This document shows positions 20,754 through 33,773 of a stretch of 64,000 bases of DNA, piece after piece. Made by a program: the position numbers and the translations under genes. Below the pieces are notes generated by a model. That model worked only from the letters and a program-made list of their open reading frames with translations. It was not told where the DNA came from and made no database searches. Source of the stretch: Bacteriovoracaceae bacterium (GTDB lineage Bacteria > Bdellovibrionota > Bacteriovoracia > Bacteriovoracales > Bacteriovoracaceae); assembly GCA_965217035.1 (NCBI GenBank), contig OZ244226.1, forward strand, positions 1,718,146 to 1,782,145, read 5' to 3'. Numbering within the stretch: the first letter of the stretch is position 1; each line of letters opens with the position of its first letter.

Positions 20754-20782
20754 AAGGTTTTTATTTTTCGGAGATATTAAAA

Positions 20783-21211
20783 ATGGCTAAAAAAGTCGTA
20801 GGATTCATCAAGTTACAAATTCAAGCAGGTAAAGCGAACCCGTCACCACCAATTGGTCCAGCTCTTGGTCAAAAAGGTGTAAACATTATGGAGTTCTGTA
20901 AAGCTTTCAATGCGAAAACTCAAAAAGATGCAGGAACAGTTCTTCCAACTATTATTACTGTTTACTCTGATCGATCTTTTACATTCGTGACGAAAACGCC
21001 ACCAGCTTCTTTTATGATTAAAGATAAAATGAAGCTTAAGTCTGGTGCGAATAAGCCAGGTCATGAGGTCGCGGGTGTTGTCTCTGAAAAGATTGTTACA
21101 GAAGTTGCTGAAGCAAAAATGCCAGATCTTTCTGCAGCAGAAATTGAAGCAGCCAAAAGAACAGTTGAAGGTTCAGCTCGTTCTATGGGAATCAAATTAG
21201 AATATAAATAA
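20783..21211 (+). CDS. rplK: 50S ribosomal protein L11
   Basis: [32 protein letters not shown]. Confidence 0.98.
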   Translation: MAKKVVGFIKLQIQAGKANPSPPIGPALGQKGVNIMEFCKAFNAKTQKDAGTVLPTIITVYSDRSFTFVTKTPPASFMIKDKMKLKSGANKPGHEVAGVVSEKIVTEVAEAKMPDLSAAEIEAAKRTVEGSARSMGIKLEYK

Positions 21212-21220
21212 TTAACAATT

Positions 21221-21256
21221 CGGGAGGCTAGGCGTATGAACTAGCTGCTTGTACCG
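21221..21256 (+). promoter_or_regulatory. Putative L1-binding autoregulatory RNA leader upstream of rplA
   Basis: CGG-GAG-GCTAG-loop-CTAGC-TGCTTG-TA-CCG resembles the GG-GAG-stem...UA-CC L1 site. Abuts the rplA SD. Confidence 0.55.
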
Positions 21257-21266
21257 GGGAGGAATT

Positions 21267-21965
21267 ATGGGAACAAAGTCAAAAAAGTATCTCGAAGCGC
21301 TCGCTAAAGTTGATACTTCAAAAGCCTACTCAATTAAAGAAGCTATTGCTCTTGCAAAAGAAGCTTCATTTGCAAAATTCGACGAAACTGTTGATCTTGC
21401 TTTTCGTCTTGGTGTTGATCCACGTCACGCTGATCAAATGATTAGAGGTGCGATCGTTATGCCAGGTGGAACTGGAAAAGAAGTTAAAGTTGTTGTTATC
21501 ACTTCAGGAGAAAACATCAAAAAAGCTGAAGAAGCTGGAGCTGATGAAGTTGGTGGTGAAGACATCATTACTAAAATCCAAGGTGGGTGGTTAGACTTCG
21601 ATAGAGTTATCGCTACTCCAGATATGATGGGAAAAGTTGGTAAGGTCGCTAGAGTCTTAGGACCAAGAGGGCTTATGCCTAACCCAAAACTTGGAACAGT
21701 TACAACTGATGTTACGAAAGCTGTTTCTGAGCAAAAGTCTGGTAAGGTTGAGTACCGAACTGATAAAACTGGGATCATCCATATTCCAATCGGTAAAAAA
21801 TCATTTGATGATGATAAGCTTCTTCAAAACTTTACGGCCATTACACAAGCGATTGTAAAAGCGAAGCCGGCAAGTGCGAAGGGAACTTATTTAAAGTCGC
21901 TTACTATTGCGACAACTATGGGTGTTGGTGTCGCGATCGACACATTTGAAGCGTTAAATATCTAG
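21267..21965 (+). CDS. rplA: 50S ribosomal protein L1
   Basis: [32 protein letters not shown] 21267 follows GGAGG. Confidence 0.98.
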   Translation: MGTKSKKYLEALAKVDTSKAYSIKEAIALAKEASFAKFDETVDLAFRLGVDPRHADQMIRGAIVMPGGTGKEVKVVVITSGENIKKAEEAGADEVGGEDIITKIQGGWLDFDRVIATPDMMGKVGKVARVLGPRGLMPNPKLGTVTTDVTKAVSEQKSGKVEYRTDKTGIIHIPIGKKSFDDDKLLQNFTAITQAIVKAKPASAKGTYLKSLTIATTMGVGVAIDTFEALNI

Positions 21966-21967
21966 TT

Positions 21968-22024
21968 GGGATTGAAGAAAGCCGGTTGAGTCTTCGGACT
22001 CTATAATTCCTGCCGAAATCTCCC
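21968..22024 (+). promoter_or_regulatory. Putative L10 leader RNA
   Basis: GAAGAAAGCCGG...gagtc-ttcg-gactc...TAATTCCTGCCGAAATC matches the L10-leader layout upstream of rplJ. Confidence 0.6.
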
Positions 22025-22052
22025 TCCTAAAACTATACGAGGAGGTAACATT

Positions 22053-22682
22053 ATGCTTACGAGAGCCAAGAAAGAAGACATCGTCTCTAACTTGAAGGAA
22101 AGCATTGAGAATGCAAACGCTCTCTTCCTCACGAACCTTATTGGTGTTTCAGCGAATGATGCGGTAGCGATCCGTAAATCAGTTCGTGAAGCAAAAGGTA
22201 AGGTTGTCGTTACAAGAAACACTCTCTTTAGAAGAGCTGCGGAAGGAACTTACGCAGAGGAACTTCTTTCTGGGATTAAGGGACCACATGCGGTTGCTTT
22301 TTCTTTTGAAGATGCTCCAGGTGTTGCGAAAGCATTGTACGACGCTGGTGAGGAAAATGAAGTTGTCGATCTTAAAGGTGGATTCCTTAAGGAGAAAGCT
22401 TTAACTGTTGAAGAAATTAAGCAGTTAGCGAAGCTTCCATCAAGAGATCAAATGCTTGGAACATTGCTTGCGACTTTTATGGCGCCTACTTCTGCTTTTG
22501 CCCGTGTTTTACATGCGATCAATGAGAAGAAGAAAGAAGGTGAACCACTAGAAGCTGCTGGTGAAACTGAAACAACTGCTGAAGCAGCACCAGCTGCAGA
22601 TGCGCCTGCTGAGGAAGCTAAAACAGAAACAGCCGAAACGCCGGCTGCTGAATCCGCAGAAGACAAAAAAGAAGAAGAGTAA
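22053..22682 (+). CDS. rplJ: 50S ribosomal protein L10 (acidic C-terminal tail)
   Basis: [21 protein letters not shown]. Synteny. Confidence 0.96.
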   Translation: MLTRAKKEDIVSNLKESIENANALFLTNLIGVSANDAVAIRKSVREAKGKVVVTRNTLFRRAAEGTYAEELLSGIKGPHAVAFSFEDAPGVAKALYDAGEENEVVDLKGGFLKEKALTVEEIKQLAKLPSRDQMLGTLLATFMAPTSAFARVLHAINEKKKEGEPLEAAGETETTAEAAPAADAPAEEAKTETAETPAAESAEDKKEEE

Positions 22683-22692
22683 GGAGATAATT

Positions 22693-23064
22693 ATGAGTAT
22701 TACAAATGATCAACTAATTGAGCACATCTCAAGCATGTCAGTTATGGATCTAGCCGAGCTAGTAAAAGAACTAGAAGACAAGTTTGGTGTTTCTGCAGCA
22801 CCTGTTGCTGTTGCTGGTGGCGCTGCTGCTGGTGGAGCTGCTGCTGAAGAGAAAACTGAATTTACAGTTGTTCTTGCAGAAGCTGGAGCTAAGAAAATCA
22901 ATGTTATTAAAGAAGTTAGAGCAATCACTGGTCTTGGACTTAAAGAAGCAAAAGATCTAGTTGAAGGTGCACCAAAACCTCTTAAAGAGGGAGTTGCTAA
23001 AGAAGAAGCTGAAGAAATGAAGAAGAAGCTTGAAGCAGCTGGTGCAAAAGTTGAGCTTAAATAA
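22693..23064 (+). CDS. rplL: 50S ribosomal protein L7/L12
   Basis: [32 protein letters not shown] 22693 follows AAGGAG. Confidence 0.98.
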   Translation: MSITNDQLIEHISSMSVMDLAELVKELEDKFGVSAAPVAVAGGAAAGGAAAEEKTEFTVVLAEAGAKKINVIKEVRAITGLGLKEAKDLVEGAPKPLKEGVAKEEAEEMKKKLEAAGAKVELK

Positions 23065-23094
23065 CTATTGTTTTTAAAATTTGCATGATATTTG

Positions 23095-23125
23095 CATAGG
23101 GAATGCCCTTTTGGTGTTCCCTATG
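23095..23125 (+). terminator. rplL-rpoB attenuator-like hairpin
   Basis: catagggaatgcc-ctttt-ggtgttccctatg (13-bp stem with G-U pairs), weak U-tract. Confidence 0.55.
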
Positions 23126-23198
23126 TCTCTATGTGCTGATAAAACAAGAGAACTAAAACAGATACATTACAATAATTAATATTTAGGAGTGCCCTGTC

Positions 23199-26100
23199 AT
23201 GGCAAACGTCTTTAGTCCTAATCAATGGTTTCGGAAAAACTTTAAGCGAAGTGATTATGCGCTTGAAACTCCAAGTCTAATGAAGCTTCAGACTAAATCT
23301 TATGAAGATTTTCTTCAAAGAGATGTACCAGCTGAAGAGAGAACAGACACTGGATTACAAGCAGTCTTCAAGTCGATCTTTCCGATTTATGATTTTAACA
23401 AAACGATTTCATTGGAATTCGTTTCTTACTCTCTTGAAGAGCCGAAGTATTCTGTAAAGGATTGTCGTGCTAGAGGTCTTTCTTTTGAAGCCCCTCTTAA
23501 AGTAACTGTACGGTTAGTTTTCTTTGAAGAAACAGAAGATGACGAAGATGATAGAAAAATTTCTTCTATTAAAGAGCAAGAAATTTATCTAGGGAATATG
23601 CCGCTTATGACGGCAACTGGTTCGTTTATTTATAACGGAACAGAAAGAGTTATCGTTTCTCAGCTTCACAGATCTCCTGGGATTATCTTTGAACACGATA
23701 GTGGTAAGAAGCACTCTTCAGGAAAGCTTCTTTACTCTGCTAGAATCATCCCTCATAGAGGTTCATGGCTTGATTTTGAATTCGATCACAAATCAATTTT
23801 ATACGCTCGAATCGATAGAAAGAGAAAGATTCACGCAACTGTTATTCTTAGGGCGATGGGCTATTCTGATGAAAAACTTCTTGAGCTTTTTTATGACAAT
23901 GAACTTATTCACCTTGAAAAAGATGAGTACCATAGAGAGTTAGATTTTAATCTTCTCTTGGGATCAAGAGCTGAAGAAGATATTGTTGATCCTAAGACGA
24001 AAAAGACAATTGTTCTTGCTGGAAAGAAAATTACAAAACTAACTCTGAAGAAACTTGCTGATGCAAATATCAAAAAGCTTCCACTTTCAGTTGAAGCTCT
24101 TGTTACTAAGGTTTCTGCTAAAGATATTTATGATGAGAACACCGGGGAAGTTATTGTTGCAGCTAACGAAAATTTAAGTGAGCAAGTGGTTTTTGACCTC
24201 TTGAACGCTGGGATTAAGTCGGTTGAAGTTCTTTATATTGATAACGTAAATTCTTCAGATCAAATTCGAAATACACTTCTTCTTGATAAAACAAATTCTA
24301 CCGAAGAAGCACTCCTTAAAATCTTTGAAAGATTAAGACCAGGTGAACCACCAACATTTGAAGCTGCTCAAGCGCTTTTTGATGGAATGTTCTTTAATCC
24401 TGTTAAGTACGATCTTTCTAAAGTTGGTCGTATGAAGATCAATTATAAGTTTGGAATGGATGTTCCTGTTGAGAACACTGTTTTAACAAAAGACGACGTC
24501 ATTAAGACTGTTCAATACCTCGTTGATCTTAACAACGGTAAAGGTAAAGTCGATGATATCGACCACCTAGGAAATAGACGTGTACGTGCTGTTGGGGAGC
24601 TTGTTGAAAATCAATTCCGAGTTGGTCTTGTAAGAATGGAGAGATCTGTTCGTGAAAGAATGGCAATTCAAGAAATTGAAGGAATGATGCCACACGATCT
24701 TATCAACCAAAAGCCAGTAGCGGCAGCTGTTAAAGAATTCTTTGGATCTTCTCAGCTTTCTCAATTTATGGATCAAACGAACCCACTTTCTGAGATCACT
24801 CACAAAAGAAGATTATCAGCTCTTGGGCCAGGAGGTTTGACGAGAGAAAGAGCGGGATTCGAAGTTCGAGATGTTCACGCTACTCACTATGGAAGAATGT
24901 GTCCGGTAGAAACTCCAGAGGGACCAAATATCGGTCTTATTACTTCACTTGCAACTTATGCAAGAGTTTCTGAGTATGGGTTTATTGAAACTCCATACAG
25001 AAGAATTGAAGAGGGTGGAAAAGTTTCTGGAAAAGTTGATTATTTCTCAGCCTTTGAAGAGGAAGGGAAAATTATTGCTCAAACGAATAAAGAAGCGGTT
25101 GATAAAGGCAAGTTCGAAGGGAATCTTATTCCTGCTCGAAGACATGGGGAACTTGCTCTTGTTGATCATGATGAAATTGAGCTTATGGACGTTGCCCCTT
25201 CGCAGATGATCTCGATTGCAACTTCTATGATTCCATTCCTTGAGCATGATGATGCCAACCGTGCTCTTATGGGATCAAACATGATGAGACAGGCAGTGCC
25301 TGTTCTTAAAACTGATGCACCTATTGTTGGAACAGGTGTTGAAGATATTGTTGCAAGAGATTCTGGAGCGATTTTATTTGCGAAAAATAACGGAAAGGTT
25401 GTTTTTGTTGATTCTAATAGAATTGTTGTTCAGAGAGCTGATGCGAAAGTTGGAGAGTCAGGAGTTGATATTTACAAACTTCTAAAATACCAACGTTCAA
25501 ATCAGAACACCTGTATGAACCAAAAAGCCCTTGTTAGAGAAGGTGACTCTGTTAAAGCGGGAGACGTTATTGCTGACGGACCTGCAACTCAATACGGAGA
25601 TATTGCTCTTGGGCAAAACGTGCTTGTCGCGTTCATGCCATGGGGGGGCTATAACTACGAGGATTCAATCCTTATTTCTGAGAACATGCTTCACAAAGAT
25701 GTGTTTACTTCTGTTCACATCGAGAGTTTCGAAGTAGAAGCACGTGATACGAAGCTTGGAAAAGAAGAGATCACAAGAGATATTCCAAACATTTCTGATG
25801 AAGCCCTTAAGGACCTGGATGAAGCGGGAATTATTAGAACGGGTGCTATTATTAAGTCTGGAGATATCCTAGTTGGTAAGATTACTCCAAAAGGAGAGAC
25901 TCAACTTTCTCCAGAAGAAAAACTTCTTAAAGCGATCTTTGGTGATAAGGCTGGAGACGTTAAAGATACATCTTTAAGATGTTCATCTCATATCAGCGGG
26001 ACAGTTATTGATGTTCACGTTTTCACAAGAGAAGGTGTTGAACTAGATGCTCGTTCTAAAGCAATTATCGAAGATGAAACAAAGATTATCCGTCGGGATG

Positions 26101-27311
26101 AGAGAATTGAGATTAATGCAATTAAGAGTTTTGCTCTTAGAAAAATTGCGAAAATGCTCAAAGGTCAAAAAACAATTGATGCTCTTGTTTCTGAAGATGG
26201 TTCAGAAGAATTACTTGGAAAAGGTGCAGAGATTACTGAAGCAGCTCTTTCTAGTGTTCCATTTGAACTTATCGGGTTCTTACCATTAGAGCCTGCTGCG
26301 GAAGAAAAGTTAACAGAGTATTTTGCAGACGTAAGAAACGATATTAACCAAGTTCGAGTTAAAGCGAATGAAGAGATTGCAAAACTTCACAAAGGTGATG
26401 AGCTTCTTCCAGGTGTTATCAAGAAAGTTGTTGTTTACGTTGCAATCAAGAGAAAGCTTCAGCCAGGTGATAAGATGGCTGGTCGTCACGGAAACAAAGG
26501 GGTTATCTCCCGAGTTCTTCCGATCGAAGATATGCCATACCTTGCCGATGGGACGCCAGTTGAAATCGTACTGAATCCACTAGGGGTTCCGTCGCGGATG
26601 AATATTGGTCAGCTCCTTGAGCTCCATCTTGGATGGGCTGGACGTGGACTTGGTGAAAAAATCAAGGCCATGATTGAGCGTAAGCGTGAAGCAGATTCTC
26701 TAAGAGATCTTATTTCTAAAATCTATAAGAAAGACGAAGTTGATGCTTGGTTAAAGAAAGCAAGTGATAAAGAAGTTATGCGAGTCGCAAAACAATTAGA
26801 GACGGGTGTTCGTTTCGCCACTCCAGTGTTTGATGGAGCGAGAGAAACAGATATCGAAGAAATGCTTGAGCTTGCAGATCTTGATAAGAGTGGGAAGACT
26901 ACTCTATTCAACGGTATTACGGGAGAGGCTTTCGCCGAGGAAGTTACTGTTGGAATCATGTATATGTTGAAACTTCACCATCTTGTTGATGAAAAAATCC
27001 ACGCCAGATCGACTGGGCCTTATTCACTCGTTACTCAGCAACCACTCGGTGGTAAAGCTCAGTTCGGTGGTCAGCGTCTCGGAGAGATGGAGGTATGGGC
27101 ACTTGAAGCTTACGGTGCAGCTTATACACTTCAGGAATTTTTGACTGTTAAGTCGGATGACGTTGTTGGTAGAACGAGAATGTATGAGTCTATCGTTAAA
27201 GGTGAAAAAGTTCTTGAACCAGGATTGCCTGAATCGTTTAACGTTCTCATTAGAGAACTTCAGGCGCTTGCGTTGGATGTGAAATTAGAAGAATCAAATC
27301 AGGAATTATAA
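23199..27311 (+). CDS. rpoB: DNA-directed RNA polymerase beta subunit
   Basis: [53 protein letters not shown]. Confidence 0.99.
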   Translation: MANVFSPNQWFRKNFKRSDYALETPSLMKLQTKSYEDFLQRDVPAEERTDTGLQAVFKSIFPIYDFNKTISLEFVSYSLEEPKYSVKDCRARGLSFEAPLKVTVRLVFFEETEDDEDDRKISSIKEQEIYLGNMPLMTATGSFIYNGTERVIVSQLHRSPGIIFEHDSGKKHSSGKLLYSARIIPHRGSWLDFEFDHKSILYARIDRKRKIHATVILRAMGYSDEKLLELFYDNELIHLEKDEYHRELDFNLLLGSRAEEDIVDPKTKKTIVLAGKKITKLTLKKLADANIKKLPLSVEALVTKVSAKDIYDENTGEVIVAANENLSEQVVFDLLNAGIKSVEVLYIDNVNSSDQIRNTLLLDKTNSTEEALLKIFERLRPGEPPTFEAAQALFDGMFFNPVKYDLSKVGRMKINYKFGMDVPVENTVLTKDDVIKTVQYLVDLNNGKGKVDDIDHLGNRRVRAVGELVENQFRVGLVRMERSVRERMAIQEIEGMMPHDLINQKPVAAAVKEFFGSSQLSQFMDQTNPLSEITHKRRLSALGPGGLTRERAGFEVRDVHATHYGRMCPVETPEGPNIGLITSLATYARVSEYGFIETPYRRIEEGGKVSGKVDYFSAFEEEGKIIAQTNKEAVDKGKFEGNLIPARRHGELALVDHDEIELMDVAPSQMISIATSMIPFLEHDDANRALMGSNMMRQAVPVLKTDAPIVGTGVEDIVARDSGAILFAKNNGKVVFVDSNRIVVQRADAKVGESGVDIYKLLKYQRSNQNTCMNQKALVREGDSVKAGDVIADGPATQYGDIALGQNVLVAFMPWGGYNYEDSILISENMLHKDVFTSVHIESFEVEARDTKLGKEEITRDIPNISDEALKDLDEAGIIRTGAIIKSGDILVGKITPKGETQLSPEEKLLKAIFGDKAGDVKDTSLRCSSHISGTVIDVHVFTREGVELDARSKAIIEDETKIIRRDERIEINAIKSFALRKIAKMLKGQKTIDALVSEDGSEELLGKGAEITEAALSSVPFELIGFLPLEPAAEEKLTEYFADVRNDINQVRVKANEEIAKLHKGDELLPGVIKKVVVYVAIKRKLQPGDKMAGRHGNKGVISRVLPIEDMPYLADGTPVEIVLNPLGVPSRMNIGQLLELHLGWAGRGLGEKIKAMIERKREADSLRDLISKIYKKDEVDAWLKKASDKEVMRVAKQLETGVRFATPVFDGARETDIEEMLELADLDKSGKTTLFNGITGEAFAEEVTVGIMYMLKLHHLVDEKIHARSTGPYSLVTQQPLGGKAQFGGQRLGEMEVWALEAYGAAYTLQEFLTVKSDDVVGRTRMYESIVKGEKVLEPGLPESFNVLIRELQALALDVKLEESNQEL

Positions 27312-27337
27312 TTACTCGATAAGAGAAAGGTAAAAAC

Positions 27338-30300
27338 ATGAAAGACTTGTTAAACTTTTTTGATAAGCCGAAAGATCCAATCAGCGTTGAAGCCGTTTCA
27401 ATTAAAATGGCGTCACCAGATACGATCCGTGAATGGTCATACGGTGAAGTCAAAAAACCAGAAACAATTAACTACAGAACTTTCAAACCGGAAAGGGATG
27501 GTCTTTTCTGTGCAAAAATCTTTGGGCCGATCAAGGATTATGAGTGTATTTGCGGTAAGTATAAGCGGATGAAGCACAGAGGGGTTGTTTGTGAGAAGTG
27601 TGGTGTTGAAGTCACATTATCAAAAGTTCGAAGAGAGCGTTGCGGGCATATTGAGCTTGCAGCTCCTGTTGCTCACATTTGGTTTTTAAGATCACTTCCT
27701 TCTCGTATCGGTGCCCTTCTTGATCTTTCATTAAAAGATCTTGAAAAAGTTCTTTATAACGAAGCGTATATCGTAACTGAATCAGCAACTGCTGATCAGG
27801 AAGGTGGTCTTCAGATTGGAATGATTCTTTCTGAACAAAAGTGTTTTGAGCTTAAAGAAGCTGGTGTCGACTTTAAAGTTGGTATGGGTGGAGAAGTTAT
27901 TAAAGACATGATGTCCAGAATTGATGTTGACCTTTTATACAAAGAAATTAGAGATGCTCTTAAGGTCGTAAGAACTGAGCTTGCGAAAGCAAAGCTTATT
28001 AAAAGGCTAAAAGTTGTTGAATCTCTAAGAAAATCAGACAACAAAGCTGAGTGGTTCATGATGGATGTTATTCCAGTTCTTCCACCAGACCTTCGTCCAC
28101 TAGTTCCTCTTGAGGCTGGGCGATTTGCAACTTCTGACCTTAACGATCTTTACCGACGTGTTATTAACAGAAACAACCGTCTTAAGAGACTTAAGGAGCT
28201 TAATGCTCCAGAAATCATCATCAGAAATGAGAAGCGGATGCTTCAAGAAGCTGTTGATGCACTCTTTGATAACGGAAGAAGAGGGAAAGTCTTCACAGGT
28301 GCGAACAAGCGTCCATTAAGATCACTTTCAGATATGCTTAAAGGTAAGCAAGGACGATTTAGACAAAACCTTCTCGGGAAACGTGTTGATTACTCTGGTC
28401 GTTCGGTTATTGTTGTTGGTCCAAACCTTAGACTTCACCAATGTGGTATTCCAAAGGTTATGGCACTCGAGCTTTTCAAGCCATTCATTTACAATAAACT
28501 AATTGAAAAGGGTCACTGTACAACGATTAAAGTTGCGAAGCGAATGGTTGATAATCAGAGACAAGAAGTTTGGGATATCCTGGACGAAGTTGTTAAGGAG
28601 CATCCAGTTCTCCTTAACCGAGCTCCAACTCTTCACAGACTTGGGATTCAAGCTTTCGAACCAGTATTGATCGAAGGAAAGGCGATTCAGCTTCACCCAC
28701 TCGTTTGTACGGCCTTTAATGCTGACTTTGACGGTGACCAGATGGCGGTTCACGTTCCTCTTTCAATTGAAGCACAAATTGAAGCTCGTGTTCTTGCAAT
28801 GTCGACAAATAATATTCTTTCTCCGAAAGATGGTACGCCAATCATCGTTCCTTCACAGGATATCGTTCTTGGTATGTACTACATGACAAGGGTAAGACCA
28901 TACTCTCGTGGATTTGGTGGAGTTTTTGCTTCAAAAGAAGAAGCGCAGTTCGCTTACCACACTCACAACCTTCACCTTCAAGCTCCGATCAAAGTTCGGA
29001 TCAATGGAGAGATGAAAGATACAACTGTTGGTCGAACTTTTGTGTTCGATATTGTTCCGAAATGTCTTGGCTACGATGACATCAACGTTATCTTGAACAA
29101 AAAAGCACTCGGAAAACTTCTTGATAAGGCTTATAGAAAAGGTTCAGAGAAAGAAACTGTTCTTTTCGCTGATGCGGTTACGAGAATGGGTTACGAGTAT
29201 GCAACAAAAGCTGGTATCTCTATTAACGTTAAAGATATGGAGATTCCTGGTGAAAAGGCTGGAATTATCCAAGCTTCTCAGAACGAAGTTGATCAAATTA
29301 CAAATGAATACAATGAAGGTGCAATTACAAACGGTGAGCGATACAACAAGATCGTCGACGTTTGGGCCCAGACGAATGAAAAGTTATCAAAGGTTATGAT
29401 TGAGAACTTATCAACTCAAGAATTTACTGATGAAAGCGGTAAAGAGAAAACTTCTGCACCATCATTCAACTCGATCTTCATGATGGCTGACTCAGGAGCC
29501 CGAGGTTCTCAGGCTCAGATTAGACAGTTAGCAGGAATGAGGGGGCTCATGGCGAAACCTTCTGGTGAGATCATTGAAACCCCAATTACTTCAAACTTCC
29601 GTGAAGGTCTAACAGTTCTTCAATACTTCGCTTCTTCACACGGTGCTCGTAAAGGTCTAGCCGATACGGCCCTTAAGACAGCGAACTCTGGATACTTAAC
29701 GAGACGTCTGGTTGATGTTGCTCAAGATGGGATTATCAGAGAAGTTGATTGTGGAACAAATGACGGTATCGTTCTAACTTCAAGAATTGAATCTGGAGAG
29801 ATTACAGAACACGTTTCTCACAGAGTATTAGGACGTGTTGCTGCGACTGATATTCCTGGTAAAGATGGGAATGTTGCTTTCAAAGCGGGTCATCTGTTTA
29901 TCGAAAGAGATATGGAGACTATTGAAGAAGAGGATATCGATCAAATTAAAGTTAGATCTGTTCTTACTTGTGATACGAAATATGGTTTTTGTGCGAAGTG
30001 TTTTGGGCGTGACCTTGCAAGAGGACATCTTGTAAGTGTAGGGGAAACTGTTGGTGTTATTGCTGCTCAATCAATTGGGGAGCCAGGTACACAGCTTACG
30101 ATGAGAACATTCCACGTTGGTGGTACTGCAACTGCAGGCGCGCAAGTTAATAAAACAGAATCAAAAACAGCCGGTATCGTTTCTCTTGATAATGTTAAAA
30201 CGGTTAAGAGAGATGATGGTACTCATATTATCATGAATAAGACTGGTGAAATCGTTATTAAAACAGAAACAGGAATTGAGAAGGAAAGATATCCCGCTAT

Positions 30301-31471
30301 TTATGGTGCGACATTATTTTTTAATAATGGAGACACTCTAGAGGTTGGTGCTAAAATTCTTGAATGGGACCCATTTGCCATGCCGATGATGTCTGAAGTT
30401 TCTGGTACGGTTAAGTTTTTAGACTTTGTTATTGGAACAAATATTTCGGAACAGATGGACCCTGTAACAGGTCTTTCACATAAAGTTGTAACTGAGTCTA
30501 AGGATCCTTCTAAAACAGCGAGAATCACAATTTGTGATGCTTCTGGGAATCCAATAGAAGTTCCAGGAACAAAGAGAACTGCAATTTATCGAATTCCTGT
30601 TGGAGCCGTTGTTATTGTTAACGAAGGTGATGAGCTTAAGGCCGGTGATGTTGTCTCTAAAGTTCAGCGTGAAACAACGAAGACTAAAGATATTACTGGG
30701 GGTCTTCCGAGGGTTGCGGAACTATTCGAAGCAAGAAAGCCAGCGACAGCTTCTCAAATTGCAGACGTTCACGGAACGATTGAGTATGGACCAGAGGTTC
30801 GTGGATCAAAAAGAATTATTATTAAGCCAGACGATCCTGCTCTTGAGCCATATGTTTATACTGTTCCAAAAGCTCGTTATATCGTTGTTAATGAGGGTGA
30901 TTATGTTCGTCCAGGTGATCAAATCTGTGATGGGCCAGTTAATCCACATGATATTCTTCGAGTTCTTGGAATTAAAGAGCTAGCAAGGTACATCGTTGAT
31001 GAGATTCAAGAAGTTTACCGACTTCAAGGGGTTGAAATCGATGATAAGCACATTGAGGTTATTGTTAGCCAGATGCTTAAAAAAGTTCAAGTTACCGATG
31101 CAGGAGAATCGCTCTATGTTGCCGGTGATAATTTAACGAAAGTTGAGTTCAAGACTGAGAATGAAGCTCTTGAAGCTGATGGAATGGAGCCAGCGAAAGC
31201 TATGCCAATTCTTCTCGGAATTACTAAGGCATCCCTAACAACTGAATCTTTCATTTCTGCAGCCTCTTTCCAGGAGACGACGAAAGTTCTTACTCAAGCG
31301 ACGCTTGAAGGGAAGAAAGATGAGCTTAGGGGTCTTAAAGAAAACGTTATTATGGGACGTCTGATTCCTGCAGGAACTGGTGTTTCGCGTTATAACGATT
31401 ATAAAGCTGAAGTTGCTCGCGAAGAAGGACCAATCTCAGTTGGAGATGATGAATTAACGTTCAGCCTTTAA
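27338..31471 (+). CDS. rpoC: DNA-directed RNA polymerase beta' subunit
   Basis: [12 protein letters not shown] catalytic motif, N-terminal Zn finger, [12 protein letters not shown]. Confidence 0.99.
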   Translation: MKDLLNFFDKPKDPISVEAVSIKMASPDTIREWSYGEVKKPETINYRTFKPERDGLFCAKIFGPIKDYECICGKYKRMKHRGVVCEKCGVEVTLSKVRRERCGHIELAAPVAHIWFLRSLPSRIGALLDLSLKDLEKVLYNEAYIVTESATADQEGGLQIGMILSEQKCFELKEAGVDFKVGMGGEVIKDMMSRIDVDLLYKEIRDALKVVRTELAKAKLIKRLKVVESLRKSDNKAEWFMMDVIPVLPPDLRPLVPLEAGRFATSDLNDLYRRVINRNNRLKRLKELNAPEIIIRNEKRMLQEAVDALFDNGRRGKVFTGANKRPLRSLSDMLKGKQGRFRQNLLGKRVDYSGRSVIVVGPNLRLHQCGIPKVMALELFKPFIYNKLIEKGHCTTIKVAKRMVDNQRQEVWDILDEVVKEHPVLLNRAPTLHRLGIQAFEPVLIEGKAIQLHPLVCTAFNADFDGDQMAVHVPLSIEAQIEARVLAMSTNNILSPKDGTPIIVPSQDIVLGMYYMTRVRPYSRGFGGVFASKEEAQFAYHTHNLHLQAPIKVRINGEMKDTTVGRTFVFDIVPKCLGYDDINVILNKKALGKLLDKAYRKGSEKETVLFADAVTRMGYEYATKAGISINVKDMEIPGEKAGIIQASQNEVDQITNEYNEGAITNGERYNKIVDVWAQTNEKLSKVMIENLSTQEFTDESGKEKTSAPSFNSIFMMADSGARGSQAQIRQLAGMRGLMAKPSGEIIETPITSNFREGLTVLQYFASSHGARKGLADTALKTANSGYLTRRLVDVAQDGIIREVDCGTNDGIVLTSRIESGEITEHVSHRVLGRVAATDIPGKDGNVAFKAGHLFIERDMETIEEEDIDQIKVRSVLTCDTKYGFCAKCFGRDLARGHLVSVGETVGVIAAQSIGEPGTQLTMRTFHVGGTATAGAQVNKTESKTAGIVSLDNVKTVKRDDGTHIIMNKTGEIVIKTETGIEKERYPAIYGATLFFNNGDTLEVGAKILEWDPFAMPMMSEVSGTVKFLDFVIGTNISEQMDPVTGLSHKVVTESKDPSKTARITICDASGNPIEVPGTKRTAIYRIPVGAVVIVNEGDELKAGDVVSKVQRETTKTKDITGGLPRVAELFEARKPATASQIADVHGTIEYGPEVRGSKRIIIKPDDPALEPYVYTVPKARYIVVNEGDYVRPGDQICDGPVNPHDILRVLGIKELARYIVDEIQEVYRLQGVEIDDKHIEVIVSQMLKKVQVTDAGESLYVAGDNLTKVEFKTENEALEADGMEPAKAMPILLGITKASLTTESFISAASFQETTKVLTQATLEGKKDELRGLKENVIMGRLIPAGTGVSRYNDYKAEVAREEGPISVGDDELTFSL

Positions 31472-31483
31472 AGGCTGAACGTT
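31456..31483. other. Perfect 28-bp palindrome centred on the rpoC stop codon
   Basis: aacgttcagccttt|aaaggctgaacgtt. Confidence 0.85.
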
Positions 31484-31559
31484 TAGCCTGTTGTCAGGTA
31501 AAATTTTTAATGTTAAGTATCATTACGTTAAAGTGATATGAGTAGAAGAGAGGAGCATA

Positions 31560-31934
31560 ATGCCTACTATTAATCAATTAGTGCGAAAAGGAAGAGAGAC
31601 TAAGCCAGAAAAGACAAAGTCTCCTGCCCTTGTAAGCTGCCCGCAAAGACGTGGAGTTTGTACTCGTGTTTACACGACTACTCCAAAGAAGCCAAACTCA
31701 GCCATGAGAAAGGTTTGCAAGGTTAAGCTTACGAGTGGATTTGAAGTAATCTCCTATATCGGAGGTGAAGGACACAACCTGCAAGAGCACTCAATCGTTC
31801 TTATCAGAGGCGGTAGGGTAAAAGATCTTCCAGGTGTTCGTTACCACACGGTAAGAGGAACTCTTGATACGACTGGTGTCGACAAGAGAAGACAAAGAAG
31901 ATCAAAATACGGCGCCAAGCGGCCTAAGAAATAG
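31560..31934 (+). CDS. rpsL: 30S ribosomal protein S12
   Basis: [21 protein letters not shown]. Confidence 0.99.
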   Translation: MPTINQLVRKGRETKPEKTKSPALVSCPQRRGVCTRVYTTTPKKPNSAMRKVCKVKLTSGFEVISYIGGEGHNLQEHSIVLIRGGRVKDLPGVRYHTVRGTLDTTGVDKRRQRRSKYGAKRPKK

Positions 31935-31940
31935 GAATAA

Positions 31941-32414
<474 letters not shown>

Positions 32415-32445
32415 GTTTCTTCAAAAAATTTATATTTTTTCAATA

Positions 32446-32475
32446 AAGAGAGCTGCTTCGGCGGCTCTTTTTTTT
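32446..32475 (+). terminator. Intrinsic terminator after rpsG
   Basis: agagctgc-ttcg-gcggctct followed by a long T-run. Confidence 0.85.
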
Positions 32476-32726
32476 ATCATCCTGTTTAATGGAATGCTTT
32501 CACATACTATAGTTTCTTGGTGAAGCTGTTCTTTGAAGCTTGTTTTTGGTCAAAATCATGTCAAATAATATTTCAGCCTTGCTAGGCCAATGGGGTTTCA
32601 AGAGGTTAGAGAAATTAGAATTATTAAGACTGTATTAAGATTCCGGTTGGAATATAGCTGAGAGTGAATTAGTAGGCTATAGAGCGACCCTTTAACACAG
32701 AATTAAACTTTTCTCATGCTTAGCTG

Positions 32727-32753
32727 CAAAGAAAAATTCACGAATTCCGATAG
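32727..32753 (+). promoter_or_regulatory. Putative sigma28 (FliA)-type promoter
   Basis: CAAA-N15-TCCGATAG versus consensus TAAA-N15-GCCGATAA. Confidence 0.4.
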
Positions 32754-32847
32754 AGATTTTACGCCCGAAAGTCGACAACGGTGAATTTTAGAGCTGAACT
32801 ATGCACGTGCTAGCATAGCAGTACATCGATTGGGAGGAGTGAATTAA

Positions 32848-33711
32848 ATGGAAAACTACATGAAAAAGAAAAAAGTTCTGTTGGTAGATGACGAGGAAGA
32901 AATCCTCGAGCTGATGAGTGATCTTCTTAGGGATCGGTTTAAAGTTATTAAATCGGCAAATGGTCAGGAAGCGCTTTTCAAATATCGAAATGAACCCTTT
33001 GATTTAGTTATTGTTGATATTCATATGCCCAAGATGACTGGACTCGAATTTATTACGGAGATGAGAAAATTTGAAGAGCGTGATAAGGATCGAAAAGTTT
33101 GTCCTGCCATAATTACAACAGGTGATATGGGAAGACATCTCTTGAGAGATATTGCGAAATGGGATGCGGTCGTAGGATTAGAAAAGCCCATTTCTTTAGA
33201 GAGCTTGAATATGACGATTGAGAAAATGCTTCGGGGTAAAGATGTCCAGGGGAGTCGTTCTTTTCAAAAATTTATAGAGGTTCCGAACGGTCAAAATATT
33301 TTTAATACTGGAGATTATGAACAAAATATTTATTTTGTTGTGGATGGTGAGTTCGAAGTGTTTGTCGAGCGCGATGGAAAAGAGATTTTATTAGGAAAAA
33401 TCTATAAAGGAGAAATGATTGGAGAGATGAGTTTCTTCATGAAGACTGCTCGAAACGCCACAGTTAAAGCTGTTAAGGATTCGAAAATTGTCTCTATTAC
33501 TGGTGCTCACATCAATGCGGTGATTGCGAAGCAACCTCCGTGGTTCAAGCCTCTTCTCTTGAGCGTTATTAAACGATTGAGAGCAAGTAATCTTGAAAAA
33601 CTTGGTGGAGAAGATATTGAACAAAACCGAGAAAAAGTTCAAGAAGAAGCCGAAGTAAGTGAAAATATGGAAATCGCAGAAAGCATTAAAGAGCCAGCTG
33701 CAGCCAGTTGA
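32848..33711 (+). CDS. Response regulator: receiver domain plus cyclic-nucleotide-binding domain (no HTH)
   Basis: REC: LLVDDE, IVDIHMP, TTG, EKP. cNMP: YFVVDGEFEV...GEMIGEMSFFMKTARNATVKA. GGGAGGAG SD. Confidence 0.9.
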   Translation: MENYMKKKKVLLVDDEEEILELMSDLLRDRFKVIKSANGQEALFKYRNEPFDLVIVDIHMPKMTGLEFITEMRKFEERDKDRKVCPAIITTGDMGRHLLRDIAKWDAVVGLEKPISLESLNMTIEKMLRGKDVQGSRSFQKFIEVPNGQNIFNTGDYEQNIYFVVDGEFEVFVERDGKEILLGKIYKGEMIGEMSFFMKTARNATVKAVKDSKIVSITGAHINAVIAKQPPWFKPLLLSVIKRLRASNLEKLGGEDIEQNREKVQEEAEVSENMEIAESIKEPAAAS

Positions 33712-33738
33712 TTTTCTGCGTTAGTAATCTGTAAATTA

Positions 33739-33767
33739 TTGTTCTTTAAAGTCAGGGACTCTATAAT
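33739..33767 (+). promoter_or_regulatory. Sigma70 promoter directly ahead of the fusA ATG (leaderless type)
   Basis: TTGTTC-N17-TATAAT-N6-ATG. No SD. Confidence 0.6.
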
Positions 33768-33773
33768 ACGTCC

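Noticed and set aside
22561..22692. Extended rplL start (and the similar 21249 start for rplA)
   Set aside because: The rplL extension overlaps rplJ. SD-preceded ATGs at 22693 and 21267 give canonical lengths.
23199..31934. Resistance alleles or inteins in rpoB/rpoC/rpsL, and short nested ORFs
   Set aside because: Rifampicin cluster and S12 motifs look wild type, lengths are normal, and nested ORFs are off-frame shadows.
32520..32847. Riboswitch or sRNA in the rpsG-regulator intergenic region
   Set aside because: Only short inverted repeats (aaattcac/gtgaattt, ctatgc/gcatag) and no motif I can recognise. An Rfam/Infernal scan would be needed.
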